A stretch of DNA of 64,000 bases from an uncultured Opitutales bacterium. Lineage in GTDB: Bacteria > Verrucomicrobiota > Verrucomicrobiia > Opitutales > Intestinicryptomonadaceae. The notes under the pieces were generated by a model that ran no database searches, had not been told where the DNA came from, and was given only the letters and a program-made list of their open reading frames with translations. The stretch is from NCBI GenBank assembly GCA_944389885.1, contig CALXNZ010000009.1:8715-72714 (forward strand), given 5' to 3'. The number at the start of each line of letters is the position of its first letter. The stretch's first letter is position 1. The translations under genes and the position numbers were made by a program. This document shows, one piece after another, positions 1-10,714 of this stretch.

Positions 1-111
1 CACAAAGTCTTGCGAGAATAAATTTGGCGCAATCGCCAATTTAGACGGCAACGCATGCCATTGGCCATAATCCTAATCTCACTTGGGCACTTTTACCTCC
101 AAAGCCAAGCG

Positions 112-441
112 CTATTCATTACTTCTGGACCAAATTTTTCGAGAGCAAAAATAGACTTCATTTACATCTTTAGGTATATCCAAAGTCGTCTTAAAATTTC
201 CCAAAGATTCAAGTTTGAGCTTTCCCATAATGTAAATTTTATCTCCCTCTCTAATATTATGTATATCATCAAAACCCCATGCGCTCTCGCCGTATTCAGC
301 ATAAATTCGCAGTTTCACATGATATTCATCATCTATTTCTTCGCAGCACGATACTTTCAAGTAGGCAGTGTTGATATTCTTAGATACTATAAAACATGCG
401 CATAAGAATAAAGAAAATATTAGTATAATAATGTTTCTCAT
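112..441 (-). CDS. small hypothetical protein, probable lipoprotein
   Basis: 109 aa ORF with hydrophobic N-terminus and lipobox-like LFLCAC. Confidence 0.55.
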   Translation of the reverse strand: MRNIIILIFSLFLCACFIVSKNINTAYLKVSCCEEIDDEYHVKLRIYAEYGESAWGFDDIHNIREGDKIYIMGKLKLESLGNFKTTLDIPKDVNEVYFCSRKIWSRSNE

Positions 442-599
442 CTGCTATAACCAGAATTGTTCCATTATGGAATTTGGTAAAATATTAAAGAATATTTTCG
501 AGGAAAATTCAACCGCAATGTTGAATCTCTAAAACGCATCCTTCTTTTATTCCCGGTAAAAAGTGTTAAATATTACATATTTTCGTAGAAAAAAGTGTA

Positions 600-628
600 T
601 TGACATTACTGTTTTTTGCTCTTACTTT
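600..628 (+). promoter_or_regulatory. sigma70-like promoter with canonical 17-bp spacer
   Basis: TTGACA (600-605)-N17-TACTTT (623-628), upstream of ATG 653. Confidence 0.45.
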
Positions 629-652
629 AATGCAAATAATAAAATTACGGCC

Positions 653-1975
653 ATGCACAGAGACAAGATAGAAGATTTAATTGCCTGGAAAAATGATAAG
701 AATCGCAAACCGTTAATTCTTAGAGGTGCCAGACAAGTTGGGAAAACTTGGCTAATGAAAGAATTTGGCAAAAAGGCCTATAAGAAAACCGTATATGTAA
801 ACTTTGATAACGAGGACAATTTAAAGGAGGTTTTTAAGCCCGACTTGAATGTGGCTCGAATCATATCAACTCTCGAAATTTTGGCGGGCGAAAAAATAAA
901 TCCGGACGACACATTAATAATCTTGGACGAAATTCAATCTGCCGAGCGGGGATTGAATTCTCTCAAATATTTCAATGAAGACGCGCCGCAATACCACATT
1001 ATGGCGGCGGGATCATTGCTTGGAATGTCGTTAAAGCCAAACGAGTCGTTTCCCGTCGGCAAAGTGAATTTCCTTACGCTGCGTCCGATGTCCTTTTACG
1101 AGTTTCTTCAGGCAAATGGCAAAACCCAATATTTAGAAGCTCTCAAAAATGGGAATTGGGACGTGCTGAGAATGTTCCATGACAAGCTGATTGAGCTTCT
1201 GAAATACTATATGTTTGTGGGAGGAATGCCTGCGGCTGTAAGCGAATTTGCTGATAGCCGAGATATCTTTAAGGTCCGCCAAATTCAAAAAGATATAATA
1301 ACTTCCTATGAAAGCGACTTCGCAAAACATGCGCCAGATAAGCATATCCCGCGAATCAGAATGGTCTGGCAAAACATTCCAAGTCAGTTGGCAAAAGAAA
1401 ACAAGAAATTCATATATTCGGCAATTCGCAGCGGCGCCAGGGCAAAAGATTTTGAAGTTGCCATTCAATGGCTTGTTGACTGCGGATTGATTTTAAAGAA
1501 TTACAACACAGAAACACCCCAGCTCCCACTGTCTGCGCATGAAAATTTCGATATATTCAAATTGTACTTGTTGGATATAGGCCTGCTTGGAGCGCTCTCA
1601 AATCTTGACGCAAAAACCATTATAGAAGGGAATTCGCTCTTCTTTCAAATAAAAGGAGCCTTTGCCGAGCAATACGCAATGCAAGAATTGAGCATAGACG
1701 ATAATTCATGCGCATATTGGACAAACCCTACCGGAAATGCGGAAGTCGACTTTGTAAAACAAATATCTTCAGAAATATTCCCGGTAGAAGTAAAATCTGC
1801 CGACAACGTCAAGGCAAAGAGCCTGAATATATACCGCGAAAAATACTCGCCAAAGCTTGCGATTAGAGCGTCACTTAAAAACTATGGCCTCGAAAATAAT
1901 ATTCTCAGCTTGCCTCTATATGCGCTTGGAAGCCTCTCCAAATATTGCGAGGACAGAATTTCGGGGAAGTTATAA
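653..1975 (+). CDS. AAA+ ATPase (AAA_14 plus DUF4143-type C-terminal domain)
   Basis: GARQVGKT Walker A, ILDEIQ Walker B, GSL motif, C-terminal EVDFV..PVEVKS nuclease-like motif; ATG 653 preferred over GTG 563. Confidence 0.85.
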   Translation: MHRDKIEDLIAWKNDKNRKPLILRGARQVGKTWLMKEFGKKAYKKTVYVNFDNEDNLKEVFKPDLNVARIISTLEILAGEKINPDDTLIILDEIQSAERGLNSLKYFNEDAPQYHIMAAGSLLGMSLKPNESFPVGKVNFLTLRPMSFYEFLQANGKTQYLEALKNGNWDVLRMFHDKLIELLKYYMFVGGMPAAVSEFADSRDIFKVRQIQKDIITSYESDFAKHAPDKHIPRIRMVWQNIPSQLAKENKKFIYSAIRSGARAKDFEVAIQWLVDCGLILKNYNTETPQLPLSAHENFDIFKLYLLDIGLLGALSNLDAKTIIEGNSLFFQIKGAFAEQYAMQELSIDDNSCAYWTNPTGNAEVDFVKQISSEIFPVEVKSADNVKAKSLNIYREKYSPKLAIRASLKNYGLENNILSLPLYALGSLSKYCEDRISGKL

Positions 1976-2191
1976 TCGCGCTATAATTCCCAACGCGTAT
2001 ATTCGTATGGCATTTCGGGTTAACGCAATTATTTGCAAAAAGCGTTAAACAATCCTCTTTTAAGAATTTTGTCCCAAAAATTTTCGCAAGATAGACGCTT
2101 TTATGTTTTATCCTAAAACAGCACAATTAAATTCAAAAAAGTCACCTGGAATAAACAGTGCTAAAAATTTTTCAAAGTCCACCATTTGGCG

Positions 2192-2231
2192 AAGAGGCGA
2201 ACCGCGTTAAACAGAACGGTTCGCTCTTTTA
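2192..2231 (+). terminator. intrinsic terminator-like hairpin with no adjacent gene
   Basis: aagag(g)cgaaccg...cggttcgctctt followed by T-run. Confidence 0.5.
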
Positions 2232-2491
2232 TATTTATGCGTTGATTAATTAATTGCATTCGACAGATGTCTAACGCGGGAACTCTGCAAAGAAATTTAG
2301 TTAATAATTTATAAGCCGAAAATTCTGTGAATGAATACGCAAATGTGCTTACAAATTACTTGAAAGAGACACTTGTTTAACCGCGCTTTGCGTAATAGCA
2401 TCATTACCATTCCCTAAATATCCCCGCTTTTTGCAAGGCGATATTAAACGCATTCCCACAAGCAATATCACCAAAATAGAATCGCAGTACT

Positions 2492-2809
2492 TTAAGGCTT
2501 TTTATGGATTACATAGATATATACAAAATATGATAATAAAACAGATAGTACCCCGGCAGCTATGATTGAAGAAATAAATGCTACTTTTAGGATACTTGGA
2601 TAGAAACAAAAGGAAAATATTGTTATACCAGATGAAATAAGCATCAAGATACTTCCTATAATATTTGAATAATACCATGTTTGATTGTTATATATAGACC
2701 ACTTCGTTCTTACGCCAAACTTCCTGTTAATATGCGTAAACGGCATTATTATTGATATAATTGCAATAATAATTGAGACAGATAAAATTAGATATGATTC
2801 AATGCCCAT
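2492..2809 (-). CDS. SdpI/YhfL-family small membrane protein
   Basis: Three hydrophobic helices and the INRKFGVRTKWS...W motif resembling SdpI N..GIRT.W. Confidence 0.65.
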   Translation of the reverse strand: MGIESYLILSVSIIIAIISIIMPFTHINRKFGVRTKWSIYNNQTWYYSNIIGSILMLISSGITIFSFCFYPSILKVAFISSIIAAGVLSVLLSYFVYIYVIHKKP

Positions 2810-2958
2810 ATTTTAAAATCATAAGAAGTATTAGAGCAATTCGATAAACACGGTGCAAATAACATACCGCATGCAAGGCTAATATCAAGCGAATTGATAC
2901 ACAAGAATATCCTAAACTATTCAAACCCGTGATAAATTGCAACGATAGCTATATGTAT

Positions 2959-4143
2959 TTAAATAGTAGAAGGCCCAAACTTTTTTTGGTAATGCCTTGC
3001 CACAAGAGAAAGCAATGCCCCCAAGAACCCTCCTATAATTATCATTGCAGCAAATGCGGTCGTCACCCTGCCGATACCCGTACACGATACTGCAAGCGAT
3101 CCCATAAGAAATTGCAAGGCCCCCAAAAGCGCCGCAGCCGTTCCGGCGTTCCTGCGTTGACTGTCAAGCACGATTGCTGCAGCCGCAGGCGCCGCAACGC
3201 CAAACATAAACATCATGACAAATATTACCGACTCCACTCCTACAACTCCGGCACCACGATATATAAGGCATGCTTCCATTATAGCCGCAACAAACACACC
3301 CACCCCGCTAAACACGACTGCCGTACGCCTCCTGTGAAATTTTGAAGACAACATTGCACCAACGCCTATGCCTGCGGCATTCAGGGCAAAAATCCCGCTG
3401 AACGATATTGCATTTAACCCGTAAATATTCTGAAAGATATAGGGAGATGTGGAAATATAAACGAACAAAATTATCGACATAGCCCCTTGTTGCAAAATGT
3501 AAAATAATGCCACCTTATCCAAGAGCACATTCTTATAGAGCTTGAAGATGGCAAGCGTAGATAGACGCGAGCGACGCTCCGCCCCAAGTGTCTCTCCCAT
3601 TCTGTATGACAGCGCCATCAAGATTAGCCCCAAGAAAAATAAAATAGCAAAAATAAATCTCCAATCGGCATACAATATCGTTATTCCCCCTGCAATAGGA
3701 GCGGCCACCGGCGCTATGCTATGAACCGCCGCAACAAGCGCCAAAAATCTTGCAAGTTCCATTCCCGAATACATGTCCGACGGAATTGAGCGCGACAATA
3801 CTATCCCACCTGCGCCTGCAACGCCTTGAAAAAAGCGCATCGCTATAAAAAAATATATATTCGTGGCAAATATACACGCCAAAGACGCCAACACAAACAT
3901 CCACATAGATATCAACAGCGGTATGCGCCGGCCAAATTTATCGCTAAGCGGTCCAATCACTACCTGCCCAGCTGCAAGCCCTATCATGCAAACGCTCATA
4001 CTCATCTGTACCCAAAATGGCGTTGTGGAAAACGCCTGCGGCAGACTCGGCAAAGACGGCAGATACATATCTGTCACAAAGGGACCAAATGCCGACAATC
4101 CCCCAAGAGTGATAAGGAATAAAATTCTATTAAGCCTATTCAT
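2959..4143 (-). CDS. Bcr/CflA-family MFS drug:H+ antiporter
   Basis: DMYLPSLP and GPLSDKFGRR motifs, about 12 TM helices; start MNRLNR at 4143 preferred, ORF extends to 4215. Confidence 0.9.
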   Translation of the reverse strand: MNRLNRILFLITLGGLSAFGPFVTDMYLPSLPSLPQAFSTTPFWVQMSMSVCMIGLAAGQVVIGPLSDKFGRRIPLLISMWMFVLASLACIFATNIYFFIAMRFFQGVAGAGGIVLSRSIPSDMYSGMELARFLALVAAVHSIAPVAAPIAGGITILYADWRFIFAILFFLGLILMALSYRMGETLGAERRSRLSTLAIFKLYKNVLLDKVALFYILQQGAMSIILFVYISTSPYIFQNIYGLNAISFSGIFALNAAGIGVGAMLSSKFHRRRTAVVFSGVGVFVAAIMEACLIYRGAGVVGVESVIFVMMFMFGVAAPAAAAIVLDSQRRNAGTAAALLGALQFLMGSLAVSCTGIGRVTTAFAAMIIIGGFLGALLSLVARHYQKKFGPSTI

Positions 4144-4549
4144 CAAAAATTTTGCATTGTCTGCATAAATGGCAAATTGGCAAGGCATTTTGAAAGACGC
4201 AAAAATACCTGCCAAAAATCCTCAATCATCATATTGAGCAACGCCGTCCCCATGCGTCATGCGTTATTAATACAGCATACTTAACGCTAAGAATAATATG
4301 CCCCCAATGCAATCCCGTCACTCTCCAAATTATCCTTATTCCAAAACGATTTCACATTGTCGTATAAAATATTTTTTTCTTATTTAGATTATTATGCAAC
4401 TGTTCCAAGCTTACGCCCATATTTGAATCGCCCGGCATAAAGATTCATTATATCCCGCATGACGGGTATCTTATATTTATGCCACAACAGGACGCAGAAA
4501 AGTCTGCCAAATCCAATTTGCCTTTACAATCGGAACAGAACAAATAAAT

Positions 4550-6058
4550 ATGGGATTATCAAGTCAGTTCTTAAACATATCCGAAGTTATGAATCCATTT
4601 CTTAGGCTATTTTTTATAGCATGCTCAATTATCTTCTTTCACGCCTTATGCAACGGAGCATCGGATACCCAAGAAATACACACATCAAGCATTTCGGACA
4701 AGCCTCCGAATGTATTGGTCATTTTAGCGGATCAATTACGGGCGAACTCCCTTGGATATGCAAAACTCGAAAATGTAAAAACTCCAAATATAGATTCGCT
4801 CGAGAGAATTTCAGTTAATTTTGCAAACGCTGTAAGCGTGAATCCGGTATGCACACCTTATAGAGCCTCCTTTATGACAGGACAATATCCGTCGGACAAC
4901 GGTATTTATTTCAACGACGTGCGCCTCCCATACGACGCCCCTTCAATAGGAAAAGTATTCCGCAAAGGCGGATACGATACCGCATATGTCGGAAAATGGC
5001 ACATAAACGGGGGCGGCAGAAAGAATTTTATCCCTAAAGAGGGGCGGCGCGGCTTTGAATATTTCAAGGTTCTCGAATGCACGCACGACTATTTGAATTC
5101 TAACTATTACGATAACGACGATCCCACTATAAAAACATGGGAAGGCTTTGACGCATTCGCCCAAACTGCAGACGCCATAAAATACATGGATAAAAAAGCC
5201 GCCGAGGAAAAATCCGGCAATGCGAAACCATTTTTTATGGTGATATCATATGGTATCCCCCATTTTCCACACCTTACAGCTCTCGAAAATTATAAGAATA
5301 AATACCCCATAGAGGATTTAAAATTTCCGCCTAACGTGGCAGAAAAACCAAAAGAGAGGGACTTTTGGGAATTGCAGGGATACTACGCCCACATATCCGT
5401 TCTCGACGAATGCGTAGGAAGAATAGTTGAGTCTCTCAGGAAAAACGGCCTCATAAAGAACACCATAATAATATTTACATCGGACCACGGAGAAATGATG
5501 TTGTCGCATTCATGCAAAGCTTGGTGGAAGCACACTTTTTGGAACGAATCGTCAACAATTCCACTTCTTATATTCACGGGAAAAGCCAAAGGAAAAACCT
5601 TAAAACCTATCACCACGCCGGACCTGACAACAACAATTATAAGCCTTGCCGGATTAAAGCCTGACCCTCTCATGGGCAAAGGCAGAGACTTTTCAAAAAA
5701 CGCGATTGGGTTGGATAAGTCGGAAGATGGTTGCGCCCTCGTACAGGGTCTTGCGCCTTTCGATTACGCCCTAAATAATCCCGGCCCTTACAGACAAATA
5801 CGCACAAAAGATTTTTCTTACACCGAACTACTAAGCGGACAAAAATTTCTCTTTGACAGGCATAACGACGTTTACGAAATGAACAACCTCGCGGGGAATC
5901 CTGCCTACGCCGACACGGAAAAAAAGATGTCTAATCTTTTAAGGAGCGAGCTAAAACGCATTGGTGACGAATTTATGCCCGCGGAATACTATCATAAAAA
6001 ATTTAATTATACCGATAAAATAAACAAACACGGCACGATGCCGTATAAGGATTTTTAG
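4550..6058 (+). CDS. Cys-type sulfatase, secreted
   Basis: PNVLVILADQ, CTPYR (CxPxR), YVGKWH and SDHGE motifs; signal peptide; alternative start 4589. Confidence 0.9.
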   Translation: MGLSSQFLNISEVMNPFLRLFFIACSIIFFHALCNGASDTQEIHTSSISDKPPNVLVILADQLRANSLGYAKLENVKTPNIDSLERISVNFANAVSVNPVCTPYRASFMTGQYPSDNGIYFNDVRLPYDAPSIGKVFRKGGYDTAYVGKWHINGGGRKNFIPKEGRRGFEYFKVLECTHDYLNSNYYDNDDPTIKTWEGFDAFAQTADAIKYMDKKAAEEKSGNAKPFFMVISYGIPHFPHLTALENYKNKYPIEDLKFPPNVAEKPKERDFWELQGYYAHISVLDECVGRIVESLRKNGLIKNTIIIFTSDHGEMMLSHSCKAWWKHTFWNESSTIPLLIFTGKAKGKTLKPITTPDLTTTIISLAGLKPDPLMGKGRDFSKNAIGLDKSEDGCALVQGLAPFDYALNNPGPYRQIRTKDFSYTELLSGQKFLFDRHNDVYEMNNLAGNPAYADTEKKMSNLLRSELKRIGDEFMPAEYYHKKFNYTDKINKHGTMPYKDF

Positions 6059-6153
6059 GTCTTGTTTTGCCGCCCGCAAAACGCGCCTTTACCGCACAAA
6101 ATCATGCCCAACTTCCCAAAAAATAAATGATTGGCCGCAAAAGAATTGGCCGA

Positions 6154-7506
6154 CTAAAGCTCTATTATAAACACCTTTGAGTTTCTATGCGACTTCTCGT
6201 ATTTTTCTAATCTCGCCTTTGGAAGCATATCAGGCGAAGTTTCCACAAATCCGCATGAATTAGAAAAGAACGGGGCGCTTTTTGTAGTAAGGGTAAACAA
6301 ACGCTTATACCCCTCTTCCTTTGCGCGCTTTTTCACAAACTCCGCCATTCGCCTGCCTACACCGTGGCCTTGATAAAAAGGCTGCACATGCAAACTCGCA
6401 AGTTCCGCATCGCCGTTGCCATGGTTTATAAGGCTCACGAACGCTATAATGCCTCCATCCATCTCATAGACATAATAAGCATCTATATTCGCGGCAATTT
6501 CCTCAAGAGAGCGATAGACAAGATTCTGCTCTTTTGCCGACACTTTCGACATATTGTATATGGCAGTGGCGTCCTGAATTGTGGCCTTGCGTATCTTCTG
6601 GTATTCGTCGGCGTATATCATGGTTCCGCAGCCGACCTTATCGAAGAACTCGTTGAGCAGACAGGCAAAATCCCTTCCGTCGAGAATATGGGCACGTTGA
6701 GTGCAAGCTGTCTCGAGCGCTCTTACGGCACAACGAACCTTTGACAATACCCGAGAATCGAATTCGGACGGCTTTGTCTCCAATAATTCTTTGATTTCGG
6801 CAACATTTGCAGCTTCAGCTCTTGAAGCCCCTCCTGCCCGAACGCTGCGGGTAAGAGTCAAATAGACAAGCTTGGAAGCCCGCAATCCCACCGCCATATC
6901 GGAAGCCAGAGAATCCGAATTGATTCTATAAAATTTACCGTTTCTATCCGGAGCCAGAGGAGGAACAACCGGCACGATTCCCAGCGTCAGCAAATTTCCC
7001 AGCGTCGAGAAATCTATGCGCTCTATCCTGCCCGCATTCAACTGATTAACGCCCGATATTATCCCGACCTCCGTGGCCCGGATAATATTAGACGAGGCGC
7101 ATCTTATATCCTTTGCCGCAAAAGCGTCGCACACCCGCTGAACAACGGTTGCAGAAGCTTCGCGGGCAAGCGCCAAAGTTGCGTCGTCCACGGGGCCTTC
7201 CCCGCGCAAATCCGATAGCGCAACTCCGCGCGAGTTGCCAAGCTCCTCAAGCTGCGCCGATATTCCGCAGACCACCGCAACATTTATTCCCAGACTGCGC
7301 AGCACCGCAATATCGGTGACTATATTCGTAAAATTCTCGCAGGCTATTATTGCCCCGTCTATTGCTATCACAAAAATCTGATTTCGATACAGCGGCACAT
7401 ACTCCAGGATTCCGCGCAAATCCGAAGCCTTGAATTTTACTTTGTCTGGAGAATCGCCTTCCATGGCGTTTGCGATTATTTCTTTCGCCGGCAGAATAGC
7501 GACCAA
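6154..7506 (-). CDS. argA: amino-acid N-acetyltransferase (N-acetylglutamate synthase)
   Basis: Amino-acid-kinase-like domain (INSDSLA) plus GNAT domain (YQGHGVG, NSKVF); likely start 7464. Confidence 0.9.
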   Translation of the reverse strand: MVAILPAKEIIANAMEGDSPDKVKFKASDLRGILEYVPLYRNQIFVIAIDGAIIACENFTNIVTDIAVLRSLGINVAVVCGISAQLEELGNSRGVALSDLRGEGPVDDATLALAREASATVVQRVCDAFAAKDIRCASSNIIRATEVGIISGVNQLNAGRIERIDFSTLGNLLTLGIVPVVPPLAPDRNGKFYRINSDSLASDMAVGLRASKLVYLTLTRSVRAGGASRAEAANVAEIKELLETKPSEFDSRVLSKVRCAVRALETACTQRAHILDGRDFACLLNEFFDKVGCGTMIYADEYQKIRKATIQDATAIYNMSKVSAKEQNLVYRSLEEIAANIDAYYVYEMDGGIIAFVSLINHGNGDAELASLHVQPFYQGHGVGRRMAEFVKKRAKEEGYKRLFTLTTKSAPFFSNSCGFVETSPDMLPKARLEKYEKSHRNSKVFIIEL

Positions 7507-7510
7507 TAAG

Positions 7511-8068
7511 TTATGCCCTGCTTATATAAGTGGCGTCTTCAGTGCGGACTTTTATTACATCTCCCGTCTTTATAAACAGGGGAACTTGCACCACTACTCC
7601 GTTCTCGAGAGTCACAGGCTTAGTGGGAGCCGAAGATGTGTCGCCCCTAATGCCTTCCGGAGCGTCAGCCACTTTTATTTCCATATTATTGGGAAGCTCG
7701 ACAGAAACCGGCGCCCCGTCCACAAAAAGCACGCTGTACTGCACGCCCTCGACAAGCCATTTAATGTCGTCGCCGATGGTGTCTTTCATTAGGACGGTGT
7801 CTTCAAAAGATTCGGGATCCATGAAGTGGTAATGGTCTCCGTCTATGTAGGAAAATTCCAAGGTCTTGTTTGTCGTGTGGCAGAATTCGACAGAATCCGT
7901 CGAGCGGAACTTAACGGCCGTAGACGAATTTGTGGATAAGTTGCGCAAAACCGTCTGAACAAATCCGGCCTGACGCCCCTGCGTGCGATGCAACATACTC
8001 ATAACGGCATGGGGAGTGCCGTTATACATTATAACTCTTCCTTTTCTTATGTCGGTAGGTGATGCCAT
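7511..8068 (-). CDS. efp: elongation factor P
   Basis: PEGIRGDT, TKPVTLENG and VQVPLFIKTGD..KV motifs. Confidence 0.95.
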   Translation of the reverse strand: MASPTDIRKGRVIMYNGTPHAVMSMLHRTQGRQAGFVQTVLRNLSTNSSTAVKFRSTDSVEFCHTTNKTLEFSYIDGDHYHFMDPESFEDTVLMKDTIGDDIKWLVEGVQYSVLFVDGAPVSVELPNNMEIKVADAPEGIRGDTSSAPTKPVTLENGVVVQVPLFIKTGDVIKVRTEDATYISRA

Positions 8069-8114
8069 ATAATTATTTGTTTATGTTTCCAATAAAGCTT
8101 CAAGAGCAAGAATC

Positions 8115-9179
8115 CTATACCCAGTTCGAATCGCGCCATATAAGGGATTTTGCCAGAGAGCGCGCAAAGAACGGCCCTCTAAACACCATTCCCGTATATA
8201 CCTGAACCAAACTTGCCCCGGCATTCATCATTTTTCCGGCGCTATCCAAATCCACTATGCCGCCAACTCCTATTATAGGAAGCTTTCCGTCGGTCACTTT
8301 TGAAATATACCTGACTATTTCAAGAGACTTCTCAAAAAGGGGCTTGCCGCTCATTCCGCCGGACTTTTCTATATCCTGCCACGGACGCCACGTTGTTGTA
8401 TTTGTGGCACAGATGCCGTCGAGCCCGAGCTCGTCGAGTATTGATATTATGGCGTCTATATCGGCGAAGGTAAGATCCGGGGCTATTTTAAGGATAATGG
8501 GAATGCGCTTCACCCCCAGTTTTTTAGCCCTATCCGAATTTGCCTTTACGACTGCTCCAAGAAGGTTGGGAAGGAAGTCTCTGCCTTGCAGCCTGCGAAG
8601 TTCGGGCGTATTGGGGCTGCTCACGTTTATTGTAAAAAAGTCGGCATAATCCGCGAGGGCGTTAAAGCTAAAAAGGTAGTCCTCGGCGGCATTTTCAATA
8701 GGGGTTATTTTAGATTTTCCTATGTTGATGCCGAGCGGAAATTTTTTTGAGGATTTGCCCCTGCCCATTGATTTGGAAAGCCTTTGGGCGATTTCTTCTG
8801 CGCCATCGTTCGGAAATCCGCAACAATTCACGACGGTTTCCCGCGAAGGATAGCGGAACATTCGCGGCCGCGGATTTCCCGGTTGTTTCAACATTGTCAC
8901 CGTGCCTATTTCTATATGTCCGAAGCCGAATGCGCCAGCGGCTCTCCAACATTCGGCGTCCTTGTCGAACCCGGCGGCCAAGCCCACCCTATTTGGAAAG
9001 TTTAATCCAAAGAGGTTTACCGGATTTGGCGTTTTTATAAAGTTCAAAGCCTCCATAAAGGAACGCAGAGGCGGAACTACGCCTACAACCTGCATGGCCC
9101 GAATTGCCATTTCGTGCATGACTTCGGGATCCTGTGTGAAGAAAACGGGGCGTATAATATTTTCGTATAGGGCGTCCAT
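8115..9179 (-). CDS. pyrD: quinone-dependent dihydroorotate dehydrogenase
   Basis: GLAAGFDK, QPGNPRPRMFR, NVSSPNTP.LR, KIAPD and GGMSG motifs. Confidence 0.95.
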   Translation of the reverse strand: MDALYENIIRPVFFTQDPEVMHEMAIRAMQVVGVVPPLRSFMEALNFIKTPNPVNLFGLNFPNRVGLAAGFDKDAECWRAAGAFGFGHIEIGTVTMLKQPGNPRPRMFRYPSRETVVNCCGFPNDGAEEIAQRLSKSMGRGKSSKKFPLGINIGKSKITPIENAAEDYLFSFNALADYADFFTINVSSPNTPELRRLQGRDFLPNLLGAVVKANSDRAKKLGVKRIPIILKIAPDLTFADIDAIISILDELGLDGICATNTTTWRPWQDIEKSGGMSGKPLFEKSLEIVRYISKVTDGKLPIIGVGGIVDLDSAGKMMNAGASLVQVYTGMVFRGPFFARSLAKSLIWRDSNWV

Positions 9180-9279
9180 CTAAAATAAAAATCCCGTACA
9201 CAATAAAACAATAACGCCTTTCTGCAAGCGTAAATTGCGCGGACTAATTCGCATAAAAATATAACCCGCGTGGGAAAAT

Positions 9280-10683
9280 CTAAGCGAAGTCTTTGGCGAA
9301 TTTTGTATGGATTGAACCAAAAGACCCGTTGCTAAAGAAGACGCAAACCAATTTTTCCGGCATGGACCTCGCATCGGATTCCAGTTTCTCCAACAATTCT
9401 TCATTGGAGTTGAACGCCAAAGTTTTTTCCGGGTTTTCCGCGGCTATCGCGGCGGTATCAATGCGCATGTCAGCGGGAACTTTTGAGGTGTCGGCGAAGC
9501 CTATATAGGCCATATCTGCAAGAGACAGCGAATCCGCAAATTCTTTTTGCAACACCTTGCGCTTTGCGGTATTGCTGCGCGGCTCAAAACAAGCTATGAG
9601 CTTTCTATCAGGATACCTTGCCTTAAGCGACTCCAATGTGAGCCTTATAGCGGTAGGGTGGTGACCGAAATCCTCGTAGGCGGCAATTCGCGGGGTATCG
9701 AGAATCAGTTCCTGCCTTCTCATTACCCCGCCGAAGTTCTCCAAAAAGGACAAGTCGAGGTCGAGGGGATTTTCCAATTCAAGCACATTTGCCGCTCCCG
9801 CCGCAGCCATAGCCGCGTTGCGGGCATTGAACACCCCGTGCAAGCCCCATTTTATGCGGATATTCTTTTTGCCGCAAGATAGCGCAAATTCGGACCCGCC
9901 CAGGTTTTCCGCAAAATCCGAAATCCTCAAGAATGCGGATTTGCCAAACCCAACAGAGAATCTTCGAGTCCACGGGGTTGGCTCCAAGTCGGCTATATTT
10001 GCATCGTCCGAATTCTCCACTATACAGCCGCGCGGCGGAACTATCCGGCGGACATGGGTGAAGGTGCGCTTGACGTCAACCAAATCCCGAAATATATCGG
10101 CGTGGTCAAACTCCAGATTATTTATCAACAAAGTGTGGGGACGATAATGTAAGAATTTACTGCGCTTGTCAAAAAACGCCGTATCGTATTCGTCGCCCTC
10201 TATAACAAAGGGCGCGTTTAAATCTCCAAGATTTGCCCCTCCCTCCGAAAGATTTTTTGGGATTCCGCCTATCAACCAACCGGCATTCAGACCGTTAGCC
10301 CGCAGGAGGCCCGCGGCTATAGAAGTTGTAGTGGTCTTTCCGTGAGTTCCGCAAATAACCAGGCTCTTGCGGCGGCCTATAAGTTTTGAGCCTATTAAAT
10401 CCGGGAGGCTCGTATATTCATATCTGCGGCCGTCCAGGATAAATTCGAGCTCGGGATTCATACGGCTTATAGCGTTGCCAACCACCACAATATCCGGAGC
10501 AAAAGCCTCGATTCTCGAGGGATTCCATCCCTCTTCCGCTCTTACCCCGGCGTTATGCAGGGCGCTTTTCATAGGCTCGTACATGCCGGTGTCGCTGCCG
10601 GCGACATCATGCCCCAACCTCTTCATTAAAATCGCCACATTTCCGGTGGCCGTTCCGCATACGCCGATAAAATATATTCTCAT
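9280..10683 (-). CDS. mpl: UDP-MurNAc:L-Ala-gamma-D-Glu-mDAP ligase (murein peptide ligase)
   Basis: GVCGTATG, GTHGKTTT, EGDEYDTAFFDKRSKFLHY, DFGHHPTAI and FEPRSNT motifs. Confidence 0.92.
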   Translation of the reverse strand: MRIYFIGVCGTATGNVAILMKRLGHDVAGSDTGMYEPMKSALHNAGVRAEEGWNPSRIEAFAPDIVVVGNAISRMNPELEFILDGRRYEYTSLPDLIGSKLIGRRKSLVICGTHGKTTTTSIAAGLLRANGLNAGWLIGGIPKNLSEGGANLGDLNAPFVIEGDEYDTAFFDKRSKFLHYRPHTLLINNLEFDHADIFRDLVDVKRTFTHVRRIVPPRGCIVENSDDANIADLEPTPWTRRFSVGFGKSAFLRISDFAENLGGSEFALSCGKKNIRIKWGLHGVFNARNAAMAAAGAANVLELENPLDLDLSFLENFGGVMRRQELILDTPRIAAYEDFGHHPTAIRLTLESLKARYPDRKLIACFEPRSNTAKRKVLQKEFADSLSLADMAYIGFADTSKVPADMRIDTAAIAAENPEKTLAFNSNEELLEKLESDARSMPEKLVCVFFSNGSFGSIHTKFAKDFA

Positions 10684-10714
10684 AACCGAAAAGTTCCCGT
10701 TCCGAAAAGCAGGG

